From Eukaryota sp. TZLM1-RC (taxonomy: Eukaryota; Protista; Metamonada: BaSk clade), in assembly GCA_040285825.1 (NCBI GenBank), contig JAUPSS010000004.1:4183784-4247783 (forward strand): a DNA stretch of 64,000 nt, given 5' to 3'. Positions 1 to 12,659 of the stretch are shown here, piece after piece. The number at the start of each line of letters is the position of its first letter. The first letter of the stretch is position 1. A program made the translations under genes and the position numbers. Below the pieces are notes generated by a model that saw only the letters and a program-made list of their open reading frames with translations, did not search any database and was not told the origin of the DNA.

Positions 1-1055
1 CCTTGCAGAGTGAAATTGAATGCATCTCTCCTCACATATGGTCCAAATGCTTTCCTGCTGATATTCAAGAAATTCCACCCAGGAGTTTGATTTCCTTGAA
101 ATTTGCATATGCTAAATTGCAGAAAAAGATATTAAAAGTTTTTGAAAACTTGGATTTCACTGTTCGTCTTAGCTTGGCTAAAGAAAAGAATCCCGTTTTT
201 GCAAACTTTTTAATTGACCTCAAGGATAGTAGCTCAAGTTGTCTTATTTCCCAGATTCCAAATGTATATGGTCTATTATTAAATGATCATCAATGGACAA
301 CTGCCTTCAGGATGAGGTGTTTTCTGTGGCCATGTAGTGTGCCAAATGATTTGATTTGTCGTTGTGGTCAGCTCATTAATCTGAATCGTTTATTTAATTG
401 CAAATTTAATATTACATATCGCTCAGTTGTTCACGATGCTGTTAGAGACCAACTATACGCTATGTGCAAAAGTCATCACATTGAAGCTTTTGTTGAACCA
501 CTTGTGCGAAGGTTGTCATCTGAAAATGAAGATTAAAATACTTTTGGGAAACGCCGTGGTGATTTAATTACCCCTGCGTCTGATGGTGTTTTTAAAGTTG
601 TTGATGTTGTCACTGTTGATGTTTGTAAAGACTCAGCAATTGACTTTGCCAATAAAGATGAAACTCCGCTCTGCTTTGCTGAAAAGAACAAAATCAAAAA
701 GTCCAATGAGCCCTTATCTCAGCTAGGACGTGTTGAGCATGTCAAGTATCAGCTGGTTCCATTTGCTTTTTTTCTTTTTGGTATCATTGGAATATCTGGA
801 ATTAAATTTCTCGAAGGTTTCAGATGTTTAATAAAAGAAAGAGCGGGAAAAGTTTTGGCCTTCATTTTCTGACACAATAGAATTGTTTTCAGTATTCTTA
901 AAGCAATTCCAGAAATGTTGACCAAAGCACTGTTACAATTAGGAATAGAGTATGAAAATCGTGCGCTTAAAAGATTTGATGATGTTGATGCGTGTATTGA
1001 GGATATTGAATTCTAGTTTTTTGTTTAATGTTTTGTTAGCGTTGAAAATCAATTT
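1..1055 (+). mobile_element. 3' part of a CRE-clade-like non-LTR retrotransposon (restriction-like endonuclease domain), disabled
   Basis: CRCG..LFNC..YRSVVHDAVRD..EP..R.DL and PFAF RLE-type motifs. Premature stop at 534-536; the homologous frame ends at TAG 1014-1016. Confidence 0.8.
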
Positions 1056-1124
1056 CAATTTATAAATGTGATAATGTCAAAAAAATTTTTTGATTATTTT
1101 CCATAAGCCTTCAAAAACTTCAAC

Positions 1125-2183
1125 ATGATATACATTGATGGACGTATCGGTGAAGGTGGTGGCCAAGTCCTCAGAACTAGTCTCAGTCTTGCTTCAGCAC
1201 TTGGTGTCCCCATCACTATCCAAAACATTAGACACAACAGAAAGCCTAAAACTGGTCTGCGTCCCCAACATTTAACTTGTGTCAACGCATGTGCATTCAT
1301 TTGCCAAGCATCCGTTGAAGGTAACTACGTCAATAGTGAAAGCTTAGTATTCAAACCGGGCACTCCTCACTCTGGAGAGTTTTCTTTCGATATTGGTACA
1401 GCTGGGAGTTGTTTACTTGTACTACAGACATTAATTCCACCCCTGCTAACATGCAGGGGTAAGAGTACAGTGAGAGTCAAAGGAGGAACAGCTGTTCCAC
1501 ATTCACCGAGTTTTTTATATTTCTCCGAGGTGTTTTTACCAATGATTTCGAGAATGGGTGGCCATTGTACAGTAGAGTGTATAAGGCATGGGTTCTTTCC
1601 AAAGGGAGGAGGGGAAGTACTGCTAGAAATACATGGATTGAACAGTCCACACCCTCTTTCTCCTATACATCTGGCCGAGAGAGGTAAACTACTGAGATGC
1701 AGTGTTCTTTCTGCAATTAGTGATGGAATTCCTGAACATGTAAGAAGACGACAATTAGAGACATTACACTCTTTTTCACTGAATCATTTACAACTGCCAA
1801 ATGGCAAAATTGATACTAGATCAGAGAATTGGAGCACATGCAGTCAAGGAACTTTGTGCTTCTTGAGACTTGACTTTGAGAATATCATAGTTGGTTCTTT
1901 TGCATTGGGGAGAAGAGGAAAACCAGCTGAAGAAGTTGCTCAGGAAGCCATTGACCAACTTGAACATTACCATCATTCCGATAACGGTGGTGTAGTTGAT
2001 GTTCATTTAGCTGATCAATTGATTACTTTACTGGCTTTTACCAAAGGTACGTCTTACTTCTCTACATCAGAGTTATCTCTCCACTGTTTAACTAATGCTC
2101 AAGTCGTGAACCATTTTTACCCGGATTGTGTTGTGGTCAGTGGAGAAGAAGGTAAATCTGGTCATGTTCGTATTGAAATTTAA
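1125..2183 (+). CDS. rtcA: RNA 3'-terminal phosphate cyclase
   Basis: IDG..GEGGGQVLRTSLSL, GL.PQHL, GTAGS, KGGT, GFFPKGGG and VDVHLADQL motifs. Intronless, 352 aa. Confidence 0.95.
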   Translation: MIYIDGRIGEGGGQVLRTSLSLASALGVPITIQNIRHNRKPKTGLRPQHLTCVNACAFICQASVEGNYVNSESLVFKPGTPHSGEFSFDIGTAGSCLLVLQTLIPPLLTCRGKSTVRVKGGTAVPHSPSFLYFSEVFLPMISRMGGHCTVECIRHGFFPKGGGEVLLEIHGLNSPHPLSPIHLAERGKLLRCSVLSAISDGIPEHVRRRQLETLHSFSLNHLQLPNGKIDTRSENWSTCSQGTLCFLRLDFENIIVGSFALGRRGKPAEEVAQEAIDQLEHYHHSDNGGVVDVHLADQLITLLAFTKGTSYFSTSELSLHCLTNAQVVNHFYPDCVVVSGEEGKSGHVRIEI

Positions 2184-2461
2184 GAGGTTTGAATTGAACC
2201 TAGTTTATGAACACAATATTGGGGATCATTATTGGTATCAATCGAGGAATAAAGCTCTTGTGTTTTTAAAAGTAGAGTATTGATAAGGATTTTTTAGACT
2301 TGGATTGATTGATTGTTAGTCATTATATGATACTATTAGCTTGGTATAATATAATTAAATATTGTTTATACACATTGGGAGAATGAAGGATACAATTGAT
2401 ATTGCCTTCATAATAAATTACATTCTTCCTTTATCATATGATACAACGTAACCCTAGCATA

Positions 2462-3576
2462 TCACATAGGTAGGTTTGATGAACCATTATTGTCAATTGA
2501 GCGAGAAGATTTTTCTTGAGGGAGGAGATTGTCCTCTGATTGTCTCCGTTTTTGAGAGAGATTCTCTACCAACCTGGATTCGAAAAGTGGGGTTGATACA
2601 TAACGTTCAGAAGCACTAGGAAGAATCACAATTACACGCTTGCCTTGTGCTTCTGGACGACGTGCTACTTCAATGGCTGCTTTGAGATTTGCTCCTGAAC
2701 TAATTCCACAAAGTACTCCTTCCTTACTGGCAGCCAATTTCGCGTATTCAAACGCTTCTTCGTTTGCTACAGTGATGATGGAATCAATGAGTTTTGTTTT
2801 CAGCACTTGAGGAGTGAAGCCTGCTCCAATTCCCATGATCTTATGAGGCCCAGGCTTTCCTCCAGAAAGAACAGGCGAGGCTGAAGGTTCGACGGCAATA
2901 ATTTTAATGTGTTTAGCATTCTTGTGTTCCTTTAAGACGGAAGCAATTCCAGTCAAGGAACCTCCAGTGCCTACACCTATAACAATGGCGTAAGTATCAG
3001 CCAGTCCTTCAGTACCAAGGTCAGCAATGATTTCCTGGGCCGTAGATAGTTCATGGGCAAGTGGATTTCTTGGGTTTTCAAACTGTTTAGGTAAGTAGGC
3101 TTTTGAGCCATGTTCTTGGGCCAACTCGTTAGCTTTCTCGATAGCAGCCTTCATGCCACCAGCGGCTGGAGTGAGGTGAAGTTCTGCTCCGAGATGTTGA
3201 AGCACCTTTCTTCTCTCAATGCTCATACTTTCAGGCATTGTTAAAACACATCGGATACCCAAACTTGCACAAATCATTGCCAGTCCAATGCCGGTATTGC
3301 CACTGGTAGCTTCAATACAAACAGAATCGTGAGAGAGTTCGCCAGCCTCAAGAGCACCTTCAATCATCGATTTACAGATTCTATCCTTAACACTCAAACC
3401 AGGAGAGATAAATTCACATTTGGCAGTAATGAGACCTTTACAATCGAGATCGTCTGTGATCTTATGAAGTTCGCTGGAATAAGAAGAAATAGATCGGGTG
3501 TATACACTAGAGGAGTACCTCCAATGACATCGGCGATCTTAGAAAAGACCTGTCCCCTAGGGTTGTTCCAAAGCAT
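2462..3576 (-). CDS. cysK: Cysteine synthase A (O-acetylserine thiol-lyase), two exons (intron 3474-3505)
   Basis: Removing the 32-nt GT..AG intron joins IGGTPLV to ELHKI..KCEFISPGLSVKDRI. EATSGNTGIG, GTGG and PGPHKI.GIGAGF motifs present. Confidence 0.95.
3474..3505 (-). other. 32-nt spliceosomal intron in cysK
   Basis: GTATACACCCGATCTATTTCTTCTTATTCCAG; removal restores the conserved reading frame. Confidence 0.85.
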
Positions 3577-4049
3577 TGGTGATAAGGAGAGAAAAGATGT
3601 GCTAGGAAGTGTCGATCTACTTGTAGTATATCACATCAACATCACATCATAGGCACGTGATGAGCAGTTCTGTTAAAATAATCTTCCATTAATTTTACCT
3701 TCAATTGAACGGTGATATGCTTTGTTCTAACAGAAGATGGACGTCTACAGAAAATCGTTGACTTTAACATCACCTTTGTTTTAAACTTTCGAATGCAAGT
3801 TATTGAATATGACCTTGCACTCAGAATGTACAGAGTTTGATCAATCATTTCTGGATGCACAGACTTCTGAATGTACCAACGTCAGAGTTTGTCATAAACT
3901 TCACCAAAAACAAAAAATTCTACAAACCCTAAATGTGTTAACCGTAGAGTCTAGTGCTTTGGTAAAATTCAACAACGTTGTTTTAGTCCTGGTAAAAACC
4001 ATTTGCAACATCAATTATTGACAAATTACAAATCAATGGATCAACTATT

Positions 4050-6600
4050 TTGTTTTGAATATATTTTTTATTTTGAAACGCAAACAAAATAACTAACAAA
4101 AAACTAGAACTCAATATCCTCAATACACGCATCAACTTCATCAAGCCTCCTCAATGCGCGATTTTCATACTCTATTCCTAATTGTAGCAGTGCTTTGGTT
4201 ATCATTTCGGGAATTGCTTTAAGAATACTGAAAACAATTCTATTGTGTCAGAAAATGAAGGCCAAAACTTTTCCCGCTCTTTCTTTTATTAAACATCTGA
4301 AACCTTCGAGAAATTTAATTCCAGATATTCCAATGATACCAAAAAGAAAAAAAGCAAATGGAACCAGCTGATACTTGACATGCTCAACACGTCCTAGTTG
4401 AGATAAGGGCTCATTGGACTTTTTGATTTTGTTCTTTTCAGCAAAGCAGAGCGGAGTTTCATCTTTATTGGCAAAATCAAGTGCTGAGTCTTTACAAACA
4501 TCAACAGTGACAACATCAACAACTTTGATAACACCATCAGACGCAGGGGTAATTAAATCAGCACGGCGTTTCCCAAAAGTATTTTCATTTTCATTTTCAG
4601 ATGACAACCTTCGCACAAGTGGTTCAACAAAAGCTTCAATGTGATGACTTTTGCACATAGCGTATAGTTGGTCTCTAACAGCATCGTGAACAACTGAGCG
4701 ATATGTAATATTAAATTTGCAATTAAATAAATGATTCAGATTAATGAGCTGACCACAACGACAAATCAAATCATTTGGCACACTACATGGCCACAGAAAA
4801 CACCTCATCCTGAAGGCAGTTGTCCATTGATGATCATTTAATAATAGAGCATATACATTTGGAATCTGGGAAATAAGACAACTTTTTTTAGCTGGAATTT
4901 TTATTGAGATAAAAAAACCCATCTAGAATTCAATATCCTCCAAACAAGCGTCATTATTACTAAACCTACTCACAGCATTACGTTCATATTCTACACCAAT
5001 AGCTAAAAGTGCCTTTGAAATCATTGTTGGAATAGACTTGAAAATGCAAAAAACAATTGTATTTAACCAGAATGTGGAGTTCATTGTTTTACCAGACCTA
5101 TTCAGTAACACTTTTTTGAATTTTACAAAAAAGTGCAACCCTGAAGGTCCAATATTGCCAAAAAGAGAAATTGCAAACGGCACAAACTGATATTCCACAT
5201 GTTCCACTCTACCTAACTGTGCCAAAGGTTCTTCATATTTTTTTATCTTCTTTTTTTCGGCGTTAGATAACGGCGAATCTGCGGAATACACTAAACGAGC
5301 AGCAGAATTTTTGCAAACATCAACTGAGACAGCATCTACAACATTGAGAACACCATCGATCCCTGGAGCTACTAAATCTGCCCTTCTTTTATCAAAGGAA
5401 TCATCAGTTTGATCTGAAGACAGCTTACGTACTAATGGCTCAATAAATGCCTCTATATTGAAACTTTTGCACATGGCATATAATTGATCACGAACTGAGT
5501 CATGAACAATTGAGCGATAAGTTATAAAATACTTACAGTTTAAAATATGGGAAAGCGTAACAACACTCTTGCAGCGACAAATTAAATCATTTGGTAAAGA
5601 ACAAGGCCATAGAAAACATCTCATTCTCATTGCAGTGGTCCATTGGTGATCATTAAGTAGAAGGCCATAAATGTTGGGAATTTGGGAGATTAGGCAACTT
5701 GAGCAACTGTCTTCAAGATCAATCAAAAAGTTTGCAAAAACGGGATTTTTTTCTTTAGCCAAGCTAAGACGTACAATATAATCCAAGTTTTCTAAAACTT
5801 TCAAGATTTTTTTTCTGCAATTTTGCAAAAGTCAGTGGTAAGGAGAGCAAGCTTCTTGGAGGAAGTTCCACAATATCAGAGGGGAAACATTGAGACCAAA
5901 TATTGGGTGAAAGAGTTTCAATTTCCTGTTGCAATGAAATAAGATAAGAGCTGCCACAATAAGACAACTTGAGCTACTTTCCTTAAGGTCAACTAAAAAG
6001 TTTGCAAAAACGGGATTCTTTTCTTTAGCCAAGCTAAGACGAACAGTGAAATCCAAGTTTTCAAAAACTTATAATATCTTTTTCTGCAATTTAGCATATG
6101 CAAATTTCAAGGAAATCAAACTCCTGGGTGGAATTTCTTGAATATCAGCAAGAAAGCATTTGGACCATATGTGAGGAGAGATGCATTCAATTTCACTCTG
6201 CAAGGACACTAAATAGTCACTAACACAACATTCTATTAAATGCTGGTTTTCAGGAAACGTTTCAAAAATTCAAAAACGAAATTTTTGCATCCACCGATGA
6301 ATGTGGCTTTACACAAATATTTTGATTTGTGAAAATTCAGGCCTCCCAATTCTGTGCTACAAAAATATGACTACGTAAAAAAGAAGAATCAATGTCGAGC
6401 AAATTAGCCAAAAATTTTGTTCTTAATTCATTAAAAATTCTGCAAAATTCGAGAGAAATAGATGGTGATGTTGATCGTAAAATATGAGTAAATTTCCCTG
6501 AATAACAAATTTCCGCATCATTCAACTTCCCCCTGCAGCGATGAACGTAAATCAATACATTCAAAGAGTCTATGATTTACTTCTTTACAACGTTAGGGAT
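4050..6600 (-). mobile_element. Degraded CRE-like non-LTR retrotransposon (inverted near-copy of 1-1055), interrupted by a nested insertion
   Basis: Reverse complement of 1-1016 is found at 5958-6205 plus 4104-4884. Post-RT remnants lie at 6210-6600. Confidence 0.8.
4885..5957 (-). mobile_element. Nested 5'-truncated non-LTR copy of a sister subfamily, with short A-tail and 13-bp TSD
   Basis: TSD AATAAGACAACTT at 4872-4884 and 5958-5970. T-run adjoins 4885. ORF 4923-5828 carries RLE motifs. Confidence 0.85.
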
Positions 6601-7646
6601 GTTGAACAAGGACAGAAACCCTGAGATACGAACAGAGTTTTGAAGAATAACTTTGCCATATTGAATATTGTTAAAAGATGTACTACACATCTCGTTAAAA
6701 TTTGAATAGATTAAATAAAAAACATAAACTGTATTTGTTTTCAATATCATTACTCATTAATTCTATTGTGGAGCATAAAAGCGTCCTCAGCATTTAAACG
6801 ACTGTCCAAATTTCGCCTGGTCACTGAAGCCAACATATCTCGCTGACTAGTGACACCAAAGATTGTGCCAAGAAAATGTGTTTGGTCGATAAATGATTAA
6901 GCAAGAATAGACTAGCTATACTGCGAAACATCTCCTTTGATCTCTTCTAATCTTGTGGAGCCAGATGTGGAAAATATTTGAAATACTCTCAATCTATTGG
7001 TCCTGAATCATGACTTCTGATCATCATGATTACTATCATCAAATTGTAGACGACGTGAGGCAAAATAGACATCTTGCTCAAAACCTTCTTCAGCAAAAGA
7101 TGGTGAAGAAAAGAAAGACGCAACGTGAACATCAGGAAGGTCGGATAAAGTTCTTGCACCAAGAATCTGGGTAAAAGAAGACATTGAAAAAAAACGGGAA
7201 TGAGATGGGAATAGGATAGGAAATGCATATGAAATGGTTTTCACAGTATGTTTTTTTAAATATTTATTTATTAGATATATAGTGTTGATGATCCTGAAAT
7301 GGGAAGTTAATGTAGATGTGGTTTTCATTGTGAAGCTATCAATTGGAGATAATGGCATGAAAAGTATAAAAATAATATAAGTGATGAAATGAAATTCAAA
7401 TGCGAATAAGAGTAATAATAATAACCCAACCAAACTCCACTCACCAACTTTTGTACTATGTAGTTCTTTTTTGAAGAAACGAAAACATTCAAGATGTAAC
7501 CTTGAGCGATATGTACTACTAATAAAAATTTGAAACTAACTTTACTTTGAATTGACAACTATGAGACTGATTGATTTCATCAAATTTTCAAAGTGAGGAA
7601 CCAAGTTTTAATCATTTCTAACTGTTTCTTTTTTGTGTTGACTGTC

Positions 7647-9432
7647 ATGGATAACGCTCTACAAACCACCACTGTGGGAGCGTCGGTCAACCAGTTCTTC
7701 GACTCAGAGGAACGAAAAGCTAAGGAACGCCAGTTCTAAGTTCTTGCTAGTATTGGAGCCTCTGTTTCGACTTTGTTTGTGAAATAAAACCCAAACAAAA
7801 AAACCATTCGAATACCATTCTCTGCATTTCCAAGCGTTGGAACATCTCGTTCAGCACTTTTGGCCTCGACGCCCACTGAATGAAACCACGTCAGCCGACG
7901 GTGGTAGATTCTGGTGCAATTCTAGTCTACTTAACAGTCGAGAATTCAACTGAGGTAAGCTTTCTGCCAGCTGTTGGCTGACTCCCCTGTTGTTTGGAAA
8001 CACAATTTTTTCAAGAGCTGTGCCTTGTGTCTCAATTGCCCAAGTCCCAAAAAGTACGCCAAGTGTGTACTTCAAGATCTTCAGCCAGACGTCACCATTT
8101 TACAATAATATCAAGAAATGCACCAGCATATGTTGACCCACTGGATAAATATGACAGCTAATGCCTATATTGGTTGGAGTCAATATGTTGGAAACATCAA
8201 TCAGAAATGACCGGTTTACCATCAGTATAAAATCTGCAGCAACAATCTTTTAGTCAGAACTGAATATTTTATCTTTTCTAGAAGATAACTGCCCTGAGGT
8301 TATGAAAAGACACTCTCTCACGCCTTTGCCCAATTGTTCAACATGCTTCTGCAATTTGGATAAAGAGCTGAATCTATTTTCACAAAGCTGAATGAAACCA
8401 AAGAGCTCCTGAACAACCTTTATCGGTTTTTTGTTAAATCTAAATTTTATTAATTATACCATTTTTTCCACTGGTGATTCTTTGCGGTTGATGTTCACAC
8501 AGAAGGCGAGGAAGACATTCAGTCGCCCAACTAAAACGGAATTTGAGTCGAGACGTGTCTCTGGAAACTATGATTTTCATAACTCTGAAAGGAAAAAAAA
8601 GTATAATGCCCATACAAAAACAAATCCACAGCAAAGACCACGGTTATCAGTGAATGAACACCCCAATTATCGAGATCCTGAAGAAAATTTGTTTTTTGTA
8701 GATATTGATCCCAACCACAGCAATTTTTAACTTTTGTGGTTAGACATCTGGTTCTTTCCGAAATGTTGCACCTGTGGTTGAGGATTCTGGCTTGCTGCTG
8801 AACCCAATAGAACGAACATCAAATGACCCTACTCTCACTCAAGCAAATCCTAATACTTATTCCGTTTAGAGATTCCAAGAGTATCTGATTGAAATAAGTT
8901 TACTTTATGTTTCTGAATCAGAGAAAGAGCCTGAATATTCTTCAATTAAGAGTCCAAACCTGCAGCGTGGTGCAAGAAAAAAAACTTAGAAGAAATAAGT
9001 TGTATTTTTTCATACGAAGACAAAAGAGACCAGCTAGTTTTATTAACAAAATAAAGGCTTGTCTGAAGGAATAAACACTATAGTTTGGTTCGGCAATGGC
9101 GGCGGTGGTTCATCTCGTCAAGCTGTGAAATCCCCCAGAAAGAACTTCTCATACAAATCCAAATGCACTTTGAAAACGTCAAAGTGGGGGACGAGTTTAT
9201 GACCTCAGTAAAAGTGAATTGCTGTAAGGTCTTCCATAGAAAGATATAACATGATGACGGAAGGGTAAATAAGGCTAAGTTCGATTGCCCTCGATGTCAG
9301 ACCAACTGGTCTAGGGACATCTCAGCCTCCAGAAATCAACTGGAGATTGCAATCAGTGAGTATTTTACTGGTACTAGGCCAGAATCATTCCGAAGACCAA
9401 GGCATGTGAGACGTCCAAGGAGTCAGCAGTAG
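7647..9432 (+). pseudogene. Fanzor/TnpB-like nuclease pseudogene, subfamily A (paralog of 20854-22683)
   Basis: Fragments FFVDIDPNHSNF, VWFGNGGGGSSRQAVKSPRK, VKVGDEFMTSVKVNCCK and CPRCQTNWSRDISASRNQLEIA align to the intact copy. Multiple stops and frameshifts. Confidence 0.85.
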
Positions 9433-9530
9433 CTGTTTTCATCAACGTATTTTCAAGGTGTTTAGTGTGTACTAACCCTTGGTGCTGAGAAGTTTACATC
9501 AGTGTTGCCAACAGATTAAAAACATTTAAC
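9433..9530 (+). ncRNA. Candidate omegaRNA scaffold remnant of Fanzor locus 1
   Basis: Hairpin CAAGGTGTTTAGT-GTGT-ACTAACCCTTG (9454-9481). Ends in ACAGATT-N8-TTAAC, as at the other Fanzor loci. Confidence 0.45.
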
Positions 9531-9610
9531 TGTTCAACTTAAGTCATTTACCAGTGGAATATCAAGAAGTTGATGCTGATTTCAGGCAACTGAATAGAAT
9601 GATTCAATAA

Positions 9611-10021
9611 GTGAATACAATCAGTCAACCAACCAATGTACAAGCTGAAATGCAACAAACAGTTAGAAAAAAGGGATTGTTCGATAAAGTCGCTGCCAAG
9701 ATGTCCAATGTAACCAATCTCCATGTAGAAAATGAACTGAAATTTTATCTCAAGGAAGGTACTGTTGATTATGAAACTGATCCCTATCTGTGGTGGAAGG
9801 AGAATGTGAAGAAGTATCCAAGCTTAGCTAAGATTGCAAAAGATTATCTTGTTGTACAACCCAGTTCCGCATCAAGCGAGCGCCTTTTTTCAGCCGCTAG
9901 TCAAATAATCAGCAAAAAGAGAGCCCGTTTAAACGAAGATACTGCAAGATGCTTGTTATGTTTGAGGTCATGGTATAAAAAGCAACAGTTTATGGATTGC
10001 AGACACGTGAGTAGATTTTAG
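9611..10021 (+). mobile_element. hAT transposase C-terminal dimerisation-domain fragment
   Basis: ELKFYL..DPYLWWK..YPSLAKIAKDYL..PSSASSERLFS..R.RL signature. The catalytic core is absent. Confidence 0.85.
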
Positions 10022-10209
10022 TTTCTGGTTTGATTAGTTTGAAATAAAGTATGATTTTTATTTGAAATAACATGATATTTGAACAGAACAATGTCTATGA
10101 TGATGTTGAACGGGATTTGAGTCAATGGACGTAAGAATGAGTCGAGTTGATTTAACTTAACTAGACTCAAATCGAAATCCTGAGTGTTGGCGATAGTTAT
10201 TCAATATCC

Positions 10210-12655
10210 TTTTGGTTTTTTAATAATATTCATTTATTAAAAAACTTATAAATCAACATCTAAATAATCCATCTCTCCCAAAACAACACAGCTAGATGTA
10301 ACTCTCTCATAGTGAGATCCAAGAGAAAGCAAAGCATCAGAAACCGTCTTCAACATCCCCTTAAAAATAGAAAACACAATTGTATTTTGCCAAAACAAAC
10401 TATTCAAATTTCTGTTAGTTCTTCTCTTTACAATCATTTCAAAATCTGTCAGAAAACGAATAGCCGTGGGAGCAAGTGAACCAACAAAAGAAAAATACAA
10501 ATGGAGACAAATTGTATTTTGCATGCTGTAGACTGGCCAATTTGGACAAAGGTTCATTGTATTTTTTGAATTTAAAATTTTCAGCATTTGAAAGGGGATT
10601 ATGAATTTTAGAATTAACTAGCCTTTCATTTGAGGCATTACAAGGATCAACAGACATTACATCCACTAAAATAAAACTTCCATCTAATCCAGGTAATATA
10701 ACATCACCTCTATTATTCTTATGAAAATCATCTTCAGTATCAAACAGATTTGACAATAGAGGTTCCAAGAAGGATTCAATTCTATGAGATTTACACATAC
10801 AATATAACTGGTCTCTTACAGCATCATGAACCTTGCTTCTAAAAGTAATAAAATGTTTACAATTTAACAAATGAGTAGTTGTAATTTCTCGAGAACATTT
10901 ACAAACTAAATTATGAGGTAAATTATCAGGCCATATAAAGGAACGAAATCTCATATTCAGAGTCCAAGCAGAATCGGTTAAGAGATAATAATAATAAATT
11001 CTGAGGAAGAAAAATTTAAGATGTTTTTCAATATTTAAATCTGAAAGAACCATCAATTCTTCTTCACAATTATTCAAAAGAGGTGAAAGTTGATTTCGAA
11101 TTTCATCAAAGTTGCCGAAATAACAACCTAAAAAACGAAATCCTGATTCAAAATAATTGATAAAAGGAACACTTTGATCTTCAATAATGAGATCAGCAGA
11201 CTCTCTACCAATCAATAAACATTTGGAAATATTTAGACAAAGACCAATTTGATAATAGCGCTGTTGAACAATTTCAGCAATTGTTCTCAATGAATCAATT
11301 GGACCAGTTATTGATATGTCATCCATATAAGCAGTTATATGAACATCTGGAAATTCGTGTTTTAATTCACACATTAAAGGATGGATAGCAAGGCAGAAAA
11401 AGAAAGGACCTAATGGATCACCTTGTTTGACACCAGATGATGATATTAGATTGAATTCCTCATATACAAGAGTCGACTGTGAGCCATAAAAGTTGTAAAA
11501 GAACGACTCAGCTTCTGGAAAATGAGTTTGAAGCAAGGGCAAGATCGACGACCTCTTCACTGTATTGAAAGCGTTTAAATATAAATTAAAAATATAATTC
11601 GAAGTACTTAAATTAAAAAACACATCAGATGAGAGTGCTGCAGAAGATGCACCATCAACTGTTTAAATTCCAAATTGGAAAGGACTAAAAAAATCTTTAG
11701 CTTTCTTACCAATCCTGCCAAAAACAGCTGAAGCAAGAATACGAGACAAAGATTCACCAATTGCAATAGGCCTTATTTTTGATTCATTCTTTTTTAAAGC
11801 AATTAAGCGTGAACTTGTCATTTCAGATGGAAGCTTGATTTTTAATGTTAAAATTTTGTTGAAAAAGAAAACCAAATCATCAATGCATTCAGGACATTGG
11901 TTCACCGTGGATTTTAACATGTCAAAAGTAATCATTGATGGGCCAGGCGCTTTTCCGAATGATAAGTGGTTAATCAATTTAATTAGTTCATCATTAGTTA
12001 GGGGATTTTGCTCCCAATAACTTACATTATTAGATTTAGGGCACTTAAAATTTTCAACAGGATGGAGACTCTTAAGTTGAGCAATCGTATTTTCATTACA
12101 TTCTGCAAGTTCAGATGAAAACAGGCATTGCTTAGCGCAACCATAGCGTCCCTTTAAAGCTAATTTTCGAACAATTTTTTCTTTCTTCATCACTGAAGGA
12201 CGAAATTTTGATTTCGATGACAATAATTTTTTATCTTTAAGCAAAAATAATTTCCATAGCGGTGTTACATCCCATATGCCTTTTTTTAAATTGGTAGTAA
12301 ATTTTGGAAAACTAATTGAAATGGGGATGTAAGAAAGAGGACTTACCTGTGATGGAACACGTATTGGAGGCCTCAAGGAATCAACAGCTTTACAAGATTC
12401 GCAAAAACGTAATGGTCGGCCAGAAGAATTAATGCCCAAATTTTTGGTACAAAATATACACTTATTATTCGGAGAATCAATGGATGAATTTACAGGTACT
12501 ATTTTCTTGATCAGCATTATCATCATTTATGGGTAACGAAGAGAGTGATTGTTGCAAATCAGCAGATGCAGCACGAGCTTTTAATTGTTCTTGTTTTATT
12601 TGGGGACATGTTTTAACGTTATGTCCGGGTTGACGACATTTACCACAACTCTAAA
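10210..12655 (-). mobile_element. CRE-like non-LTR retrotransposon with N-terminal zinc knuckle, RT and RLE; internally deleted and frameshifted
   Basis: SCGKCRQPGHNVKTC at about 12605-12650, then KAPGP, IRPIAIGE, QFG, NAFNTV, GVKQGDPLGP, YMDD, FLG and RLE motifs. The deletion junction reads FFFLRIYYYYLLTD. Confidence 0.85.
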
Positions 12656-12659
12656 CAAC

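Noticed and set aside
6750-7433. Minus-strand ORF 7008-7433 as a gene
   Set aside because: No recognisable domain, a low-complexity 5' half and stops downstream; not supportable.
9500-10198. hAT TIR pair CAGTGTTGCCAACA / TGTTGGCGATAG around the dimerisation fragment
   Set aside because: Only 7 contiguous matches and no 8-bp TSD. The left sequence overlaps the conserved Fanzor end motif.
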